NCBI GenBank assembly: GCA_902599105.1
Contig: CACKDY010000002.1
Coordinates: 38,717-102,716, forward strand
Length of the DNA stretch: 64,000 bases
Direction: 5' to 3'
From: an uncultured Pelagibacteraceae bacterium
GTDB taxonomy: Bacteria > Pseudomonadota > Alphaproteobacteria > Pelagibacterales > Pelagibacteraceae
In this document: positions 57,961 through 64,000 of the stretch, piece after piece
How the letters are laid out: each line of letters starts with the position of its first letter
Numbering within the stretch: position 1 is the first letter of the stretch
Translations under genes and position numbers: made by a program
The notes under the pieces: generated by a model
Databases searched by the model: none
The model's input: the letters and a program-made list of their open reading frames with translations, nothing else
What the model was told of the DNA's origin: nothing

Positions 57961-59301
57961 TTAATTGCTTAATAATGATGACCATGATGGGTCAGATGCA
58001 TCGGTTGGTGTCTTAATTTGACGTTCATTATAACCTGTTAAATCAATAGACCACAATTTAGCTGAAAAGCCTTCACCTTTAGCGTTAGTTTTAGTTTCTC
58101 TATAAAAAATTAGCACCCTCCCATTTGGGGACCAAGATGGAGCTTCTTGATAATAATTTTCTGTTAAAAGTCTTTCTCCACTACCATCAGTTCTCATTAC
58201 ACCAATATAAAATTTTCCTTTATGCAATTTTGTAAATGCAATCAAATCTCCTCTTGGAGACCATACGGGTGTTCCATACAAACCATTACCAAAAGAAATT
58301 CTTTTTACATCACTTCCATCATTCTTCATTACATAAATTTGCTGATAACCACTTCTATCAGAATTAAATGTAATATATTTTCCATCAGGAGAATAAGATG
58401 GAGAAGTGTCAATTGATGGATGATTGGTAATTTTTTCTACAATTCTATTTTCTAAATCCATAGTGTAAATATCTGACTTTCCATCTTTAGCAAAACTCAT
58501 AATTATTTTTTTACCATCAGGTGAAAAACGTGGTGCAAACGTCATTCCAGGAAAATCTCCAACTACCTCTTGTGTGCCAGTTTCTATATCTAATAAATAA
58601 ACCCTTGGCATATTTTTAAAGTAAGACAAATAGGTTACCATTTGACTTGCTGGATTAAATCTTGGTGTTAAAACTAACTCATTCCCTAATGTCAAAAATT
58701 TATTGTTAGCTCCGTCTTGATCCATGATTGCTAATTTTTTTATTCTTTGTGTTTTTGGTCCTTCCTCTGAAACATAAATTATTCTTGTATCAAAATAACC
58801 TTTTTCTCCAGTCAGCCTTTCGTAAACCTTATCAGAAATAATATGCCCTACTCTTCTCCAATTGTTAGGAACTGTGGTAAAAGCTAAAGCCATCATTTCT
58901 TTAGCAGCTAAAACGTCCCACAATCGAAACTCAACTCTTAATTTATCGCCAACATAATTTACTTTGCCAGTAATAAGTGCTTGAGCTTTAATTAAATTCC
59001 AATCTTCAAATCTTGGTTTTAAATTTGCAATATCAGGAGCTTGTAAAAAAGCCTTTTTGTCTAGAGGATTAAATAATCCCGAGATTCTTAAATTATTCTC
59101 AACGATATTTGATATCTCCGAGCCAATATTTTCTTTTTTAAGTATTTTTTCAAAACCTTTTCTAGATTCTTCATCAATTGATAGGGGAGAAACTGCTAAT
59201 GGAAGTGGATTTAAATTTCCCCTAGTTATATCAACTTCAATTAAAGCATTTGCTTTGATAGGTATTAATATAAATAATAATATTAAAATTTTTTTTGTCA
59301 T
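57961..59301 (-). CDS. tolB: Tol-Pal system beta-propeller protein TolB
   Basis: [22 protein letters not shown], repeated P.(W/F)SPDG. Confidence 0.97.
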   Translation of the reverse strand: MTKKILILLFILIPIKANALIEVDITRGNLNPLPLAVSPLSIDEESRKGFEKILKKENIGSEISNIVENNLRISGLFNPLDKKAFLQAPDIANLKPRFEDWNLIKAQALITGKVNYVGDKLRVEFRLWDVLAAKEMMALAFTTVPNNWRRVGHIISDKVYERLTGEKGYFDTRIIYVSEEGPKTQRIKKLAIMDQDGANNKFLTLGNELVLTPRFNPASQMVTYLSYFKNMPRVYLLDIETGTQEVVGDFPGMTFAPRFSPDGKKIIMSFAKDGKSDIYTMDLENRIVEKITNHPSIDTSPSYSPDGKYITFNSDRSGYQQIYVMKNDGSDVKRISFGNGLYGTPVWSPRGDLIAFTKLHKGKFYIGVMRTDGSGERLLTENYYQEAPSWSPNGRVLIFYRETKTNAKGEGFSAKLWSIDLTGYNERQIKTPTDASDPSWSSLLSN

Positions 59302-59310
59302 TTAAATATA

Positions 59311-60174
59311 CTATCCTTCTAACATCTCTCTTGCATCAAAATTTAGTTGTAATTCTTTCCATCTTTCATATCCGGTTGTTGGAACTCTTAATGGTTGGCA
59401 TAACTTGACAGCTCTCAAAGCACTTTCTGCTAAAACCTTGTAAAATCCTTGGCCTGGTTTATTCATTCTTGCATGATCCAAAATTTCTGTTTTTGATACT
59501 GTTCCATCAGGTTTTAATTTTAACTTTATTCTTACCAACAAATTTTCATTGTATGGTAATCCTAATGGAATACTCCAACACCCAAATATTTGTGCCTTAA
59601 GAGCATCCTCTTCGCTTAGTGTAAGACCTGTGTTTTCTACATTTCTTTCTTGATCTTGAGTAATGTCATCATTTGTTTTTAAAACTTCTGCACTCTCTTC
59701 TTTTGATTTATCAATTAAAGCGGCAATATTATTTGGATCAAACAAATCTTTTTTTTCAAATTCTGATACTTGTTTGACTTCATCATCTACTTTTTCAGGA
59801 TTTTGTTTTTTTTCCTCTTTTGTTTCAACCTTTTTTAAAGTTTTTTCTGGAAGTGGAATTGCCTCAGGTGTTTCATTCTCAATTTTTTTATTATTTTGAT
59901 CAGGAGCTAGGACAGTTTTTGTTTTCGTTTTTTCTACTTTTTTTGGTGGAGCTTGTTCTGAAACAAGTTTTTTTTCTTTCTCCTTTACTTTCTCAATTAT
60001 TTTTTTAGCCTTAGGTGCAAATGGAATATTGGTTTTTTCTGCTATTTGAATTAACTCAACTGATACTATTGGTGGAATATCAAGTGGTTTCTTTGCCAAA
60101 AAGGGTAAACTCATAGCTGTAATGAAAATTAACAAAGCATGTAAAACAGAAGAAATAATTAAACTTCTATTCAC
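59311..60174 (-). CDS. tolA: Cell envelope integrity protein TolA
   Basis: N-terminal TM with S..LH motif, K/E-rich linker, C-terminal CW..P ... ESALRAV..C.P domain. Confidence 0.88.
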   Translation of the reverse strand: MNRSLIISSVLHALLIFITAMSLPFLAKKPLDIPPIVSVELIQIAEKTNIPFAPKAKKIIEKVKEKEKKLVSEQAPPKKVEKTKTKTVLAPDQNNKKIENETPEAIPLPEKTLKKVETKEEKKQNPEKVDDEVKQVSEFEKKDLFDPNNIAALIDKSKEESAEVLKTNDDITQDQERNVENTGLTLSEEDALKAQIFGCWSIPLGLPYNENLLVRIKLKLKPDGTVSKTEILDHARMNKPGQGFYKVLAESALRAVKLCQPLRVPTTGYERWKELQLNFDAREMLEG

Positions 60175-60179
60175 TTTAA

Positions 60180-60596
60180 TTACCTTTGCTTATACGGTTC
60201 TGAAATCAATGCTACTTTAGTAAAACCAGATCCTGATAATAATCCCATAATTTCTAAAACTCTTCCATAATTTATAGTTTTATCACCTCTAACATAAATT
60301 CTGGTATCAGTTCTATTTTTTGAAACCGCTAAAACTTTTGCAATAATATTATCGTATTCAACTTTTGCTTCTTGAATAAAAATTTCACCTTTTGCGTTAA
60401 TTGACAGTGTTAAAGGTTCTGTTTCTTCTGGTAAAGAGTCTGCCGAACTTTCTGGTAAATCAACTTGAACGCCTACCGTTAACAATGGTGCTGTTACCAT
60501 AAATATAATTAATAATACCAACATAACATCTACGAATGGAGTAACATTTATTTCACTCATAGGTTCTTTTGATGAGCGATTAAATTTGAAAGCCAT
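60180..60596 (-). CDS. tolR: TolR
   Basis: EINVTPFVDVMLVLLIIFMVTAP. Confidence 0.96.
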   Translation of the reverse strand: MAFKFNRSSKEPMSEINVTPFVDVMLVLLIIFMVTAPLLTVGVQVDLPESSADSLPEETEPLTLSINAKGEIFIQEAKVEYDNIIAKVLAVSKNRTDTRIYVRGDKTINYGRVLEIMGLLSGSGFTKVALISEPYKQR

Positions 60597-60599
60597 TTG

Positions 60600-61274
60600 T
60601 TAGATGATTGTTAAAAATCTTTTAGTGAAGTTTTCTAATTTTTCAGAATATTTTTTAGCGTCATTATTGAATTTATTATAGGCAACTACTGCTGGTATTG
60701 CAGCTAATAGACCAAGTGCAGTTGCAAATAAAGCTTCGGCTATTCCCGGCGCAACTATCGCAAGACTTGTGTTTCTTGAAATAGCTATAGACTGAAAAGA
60801 ATTCATAATTCCCCAAACAGTTCCAAACAATCCAATAAATGGTGCTGTTGAACCTACTGTTGCCAAAAAAGTAAAACCTTTTTCAATTTTTGTCATTTGT
60901 TTTTCAATACCAGCCTCGAGAGACGCGCTCATTCTCTCACTAATGTTAGTTCTTGATTTTTTTTTAAGCAATCCTTCCATTGCATCTTGAAACACAAGTG
61001 ACATTGGATCCTCAAGTTTGCTTGGTAAACTATTGTAAAAAGTTTCAGCAGATTTAGAATTCCAAAATTTTTCTTCGAATTCTTCTGAGGATTTAGTTAT
61101 TTTTTTAAATAAACGAAACTTTTCAATAATTACAGCCCAAGAATATATTGAGCACAATATTAATATAATCATTACAGACTTTACAATTATGTCTGCTCTA
61201 AAAAATAAACTGAATAGTGAAAAATCAGTATTTGTTCCTAATTCAACTGCTTTTGCTGCTATATCTGCTTCCAT
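60600..61274 (-). CDS. tolQ: TolQ
   Basis: LATVGSTAPFIGLFGTVWGIM, VAPGIAEAL. Confidence 0.96.
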   Translation of the reverse strand: MEADIAAKAVELGTNTDFSLFSLFFRADIIVKSVMIILILCSIYSWAVIIEKFRLFKKITKSSEEFEEKFWNSKSAETFYNSLPSKLEDPMSLVFQDAMEGLLKKKSRTNISERMSASLEAGIEKQMTKIEKGFTFLATVGSTAPFIGLFGTVWGIMNSFQSIAISRNTSLAIVAPGIAEALFATALGLLAAIPAVVAYNKFNNDAKKYSEKLENFTKRFLTII

Positions 61275-61327
61275 GATTACTCATCACACGTAAATGTGTC
61301 ATGATTTTGTCTTTTAATTTGAATTGA

Positions 61328-61822
61328 CTATTCTTCTTTTTGATAAGTTTCGTAGAAAAAACTAGCTATTAGTATTGCATCTGCCTTATTATTATCTTTC
61401 TTTTTTGACAATTGTGATGAAAAATATGGAAAAATTTCAATAGCTCTTGTTCTGCTCGCATCTTTTTCTGAATTTATGAGGTTAAAGTATTTTTTCCACT
61501 TAGCGGGCCTAACATAATAAACAGGTAAATGCATTGCGCTGCATATCCCCTTCAATATACCAAAAGATTGACCAAAATTGAACATACTGGTAACGCCTTG
61601 TCCAGGCATTGCAGAAACTTGTTCAATTACGACCTTTATATTTTTTTTATCAAGTTTGTTTATCCTTTCACTAATTTCATTAAACATTTGAGCACCATTT
61701 ACTTGTCGCTTATTCTTCTTTCCATCTGTCATCGTTGGCATTTCAATTACATCTTTTATCATACCGTCCTGAAAAAAACATATTGATCCTGAGATGCCTG
61801 GATCAATTCCAATAATCATCAT
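61328..61822 (-). CDS. RuvC-fold Holliday junction resolvase, MOC1/phage-like subtype
   Basis: IGIDPG, VVIEQV, FNFG..FG, VRPAKWKK, KDASR..A..IFP, KKKDNNKADAILIA; sits at the ruvC position after yebC. Confidence 0.8.
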   Translation of the reverse strand: MMIIGIDPGISGSICFFQDGMIKDVIEMPTMTDGKKNKRQVNGAQMFNEISERINKLDKKNIKVVIEQVSAMPGQGVTSMFNFGQSFGILKGICSAMHLPVYYVRPAKWKKYFNLINSEKDASRTRAIEIFPYFSSQLSKKKDNNKADAILIASFFYETYQKEE

Positions 61823-62547
61823 TAAATACCACCTAAATTAACGTTAGAATAAACGTTCTGAACATCATCATCTTCCTCAAGAGTTTCTAAAAAGTCTACA
61901 ATACTTTCTTTATTATCTTTATTTACTTCAACACTATTTAATGGGACCCATTCAATTTCTGTAGAAATAAAATTCACAATAATTTTCTCAAGTTTTTTTT
62001 TTACATTATATATTTCGCTCATTTGACACTGGACCTCATGATAATCCTCATAAGAGAAACATTCATCAGCACCTGACTCTATCGTTAAATCTAAAATTTT
62101 TTCATCAGATATCTCTTTTTTATCAATTTTGATTATACCCAATTGTTGAAAATTATGAGATGCTGAACCTTGGGTTCCTAAACTGCCTCCACTCTTTTGA
62201 AATATAGTTCTAATATTTGATGCGGTCCTATTTTTGTTATCTGTTAAAGTTTCAACTATAACAGCAATCTTTTCTGGTCCAAACCCCTCGTATCTTAAAT
62301 TTTCAAAATTTGCTCCTGTAGCTGCAGAAGATTTATCTATTGCTCTTTCAATATTATCTTTAGGCATATTTGCAGATCTAGCAGCCTGTACTGCAGATCT
62401 TAGTCTAGGGTTCATTGCTGGATCTTTGTCACCAAGTTTTGCTGCAACAGTAATCTCTTTAGATAATTTTGAAAATATCTTTGATCTTTGCTTATCAGCC
62501 TTACCTTTTTTATGTTTTATTCCTGCCCAATGTGAATGTCCTGCCAT
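61822..62547 (-). CDS. yebC: YebC/PmpR family protein
   Basis: MAGHSHWAGIKHKK, NPRLR, YEGFGP, TDNKNRT, DDDVQNVYSN. Confidence 0.96.
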   Translation of the reverse strand: MAGHSHWAGIKHKKGKADKQRSKIFSKLSKEITVAAKLGDKDPAMNPRLRSAVQAARSANMPKDNIERAIDKSSAATGANFENLRYEGFGPEKIAVIVETLTDNKNRTASNIRTIFQKSGGSLGTQGSASHNFQQLGIIKIDKKEISDEKILDLTIESGADECFSYEDYHEVQCQMSEIYNVKKKLEKIIVNFISTEIEWVPLNSVEVNKDNKESIVDFLETLEEDDDVQNVYSNVNLGGI

Positions 62548-62553
62548 GATTTT

Positions 62554-63357
62554 TTAAATATTTTTTAGTTGATCTCCGTATACATAGCTTTTGATGTCTA
62601 TTGCTAAACCTGTTTTTATATCACAATCTACAATAACTCCACACAAAGTAGCATCTCCAGTGGCGGGAAAGTGTTTCACTGAATTCTTTTTTAAAAATCT
62701 ATTCAAGGAATTTTCTTTATTCATTCCAATCACTGAATCATAATCCCCACACATACCTGCATCGGTTTGATATCCAGTGCCATTATTAAGTATTCTTGCA
62801 TCGTTTGTTGGAATATGAGTATGGGTTCCAACCACGAGGGTTGCCTTTCCATCAAATAGATGTCCTATAGCATTTTTTTCGCTAGTAATTTCACCATGAA
62901 AGTCAACCACAAGTAAATCAAAATCCTTTTTCATTTCATTGTCTTTTAAAAATTTTTGAGAAGCTTCAAAAACATCTTCACACTTTTTCATAAAAACGTT
63001 GCCCATCAAATTAAGAACTCCAATTTTAATATCATTCTTTGTTTTATAAATCTGAAAACCTTTTCCTGGTGCAGGTTCAAATAAATTTTTAGGTCTTAAT
63101 AATCTTTCTTCTTTATCAATAAAATCCATAATTTCTTTTTGATCCCAAACATGATTGCCAGTTGTGATAACATCAACTCCACAATTAAAAAAATCCTTAC
63201 ATATTTCTTTAGTTAGCCCCACACCTTGATCTGCTGCATTTTCACCGTTTACTATTACAAAATCGATTTTGTTTTTATCAATTTCATTTAATAAATTACT
63301 TGTTAATTTAGAACATCCTGAAATTCCAACAACATCTCCTAAAAATAAAATTTTCAT
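62554..63357 (-). CDS. TIGR00282 / YmdB family metallophosphoesterase
   Basis: GDVVG, NGEN, TGNH, DFHGE.TSEK, GTHTH, TDAGMCG. Confidence 0.93.
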   Translation of the reverse strand: MKILFLGDVVGISGCSKLTSNLLNEIDKNKIDFVIVNGENAADQGVGLTKEICKDFFNCGVDVITTGNHVWDQKEIMDFIDKEERLLRPKNLFEPAPGKGFQIYKTKNDIKIGVLNLMGNVFMKKCEDVFEASQKFLKDNEMKKDFDLLVVDFHGEITSEKNAIGHLFDGKATLVVGTHTHIPTNDARILNNGTGYQTDAGMCGDYDSVIGMNKENSLNRFLKKNSVKHFPATGDATLCGVIVDCDIKTGLAIDIKSYVYGDQLKNI

Positions 63358-63899
63358 TGTTTAATTTTTTTTTCGGTTATTATTAAATCAAGTTTCTTAT
63401 CATGCATGTTGATAGGTATTTTTTTTATTTCCTGGTATGAAAATCCTAATCCAATTTTAAAAATTTTTTTTATTTTAGATATTTTTTCTAAATAACGGTC
63501 ATAAAATCCTCCGCCATAGCCTAATCTGTTCAAATCATCATCATAAGCTACTAAAGGAACAAATATTATATCTGGATAAATTTTCTTTCCTAAAGTTGGC
63601 TCGACAATTCCATACTTATTAATTTTTAAAGGATCTTGATTTGTCCATTCAAAAAAATCCATTTGGTTATTTTCTCTAATTACTGGTAAGGAAATATTCG
63701 CTCTTTTGTTTCTTAAAAAATTAAGCATATCTAAGTCATCTATCTCATGATTACAAGGGTAATACCCTCCTACATTTTTGAAATTAATTTTATTTTTTTT
63801 TAAAAATCTATAAATTCTGTCAGGGTATAGACCAAGTTTTTTATATGAGTTTTTTTTTCTAAGGTTTAAAATTTTACTTCTTAGCTTGGATTTACTCAC
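63354..63899 (-). CDS. ygfA: 5-formyltetrahydrofolate cyclo-ligase
   Basis: YGIVEP, VPLVAYD, RLGYGGGFYDR, HD..LD.IITE; GTG start. Confidence 0.95.
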   Translation of the reverse strand: MSKSKLRSKILNLRKKNSYKKLGLYPDRIYRFLKKNKINFKNVGGYYPCNHEIDDLDMLNFLRNKRANISLPVIRENNQMDFFEWTNQDPLKINKYGIVEPTLGKKIYPDIIFVPLVAYDDDLNRLGYGGGFYDRYLEKISKIKKIFKIGLGFSYQEIKKIPINMHDKKLDLIITEKKIKQ

Positions 63900-63903
63900 A
63901 GAC

Positions 63904-64000
63904 CTACTTTGATATGTTTTCTAATTTTGCTTTTTTTACAAAATTTGATATTTGATCAGCGGCTTCGTCAATTAAATTTTCGTATTTTTTTTGATTATCA
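63904..64000 (-). CDS. zapA: 3' end of a coiled-coil protein, probably ZapA (partial)
   Basis: Own translation ...DNQKKYENLIDEAADQISNFVKKAKLENISK-stop; identity rests on zapA-ygfA synteny only. Confidence 0.5.
   Translation of the reverse strand, partial: DNQKKYENLIDEAADQISNFVKKAKLENISK

Noticed and set aside
61328-61822. Prophage, transposon or Cas nuclease interpretation of the RuvC-like gene
   Set aside because: No integrase, terminal repeats, array or other phage genes; the protein is small and sits in the chromosomal ruvC position

Overview
A very AT-rich, extremely gene-dense window of a streamlined alphaproteobacterium. Gene content, compact intergenic spacing and the tmRNA type point to SAR11 / 'Candidatus Pelagibacter' (inference). 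It is mostly core genome: a liv-type ABC transporter, mreBCD-mrdA-rodA, leuA, a dpp/opp-type ABC transporter, ilvIHC, miaA, degP-hflCK, mrp, thyX, a permuted two-piece tmRNA, ppdK, glyQS, ispB, pdxH, aroC, dxs-ispA-xseB, sua5, tRNA-Arg(UCG), rluD, rpoH, purA, thiD, glmM, folP, ftsH, tilS, tol-pal, yebC, ymdB, ygfA and probably zapA. I saw no transposase, integrase, prophage structural gene or CRISPR array. Most notable: (1) a two-gene cassette with a passenger-less inverse-autotransporter (intimin/invasin-type) beta-barrel translationally coupled to a separately secreted Cys-containing protein, a candidate split type Ve system; (2) a single MOC1/phage-like Holliday junction resolvase in the slot normally held by ruvC-ruvA-ruvB-ybgC; (3) a rare tRNA-Arg(UCG); (4) no room for 6S RNA between zapA and ygfA; (5) a structured leader in front of the rhtB/lysE gene; (6) an Mrp lacking the CxxC motif; (7) several apparently leaderless promoters. 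All product calls come from motif recognition and synteny, not database searches.
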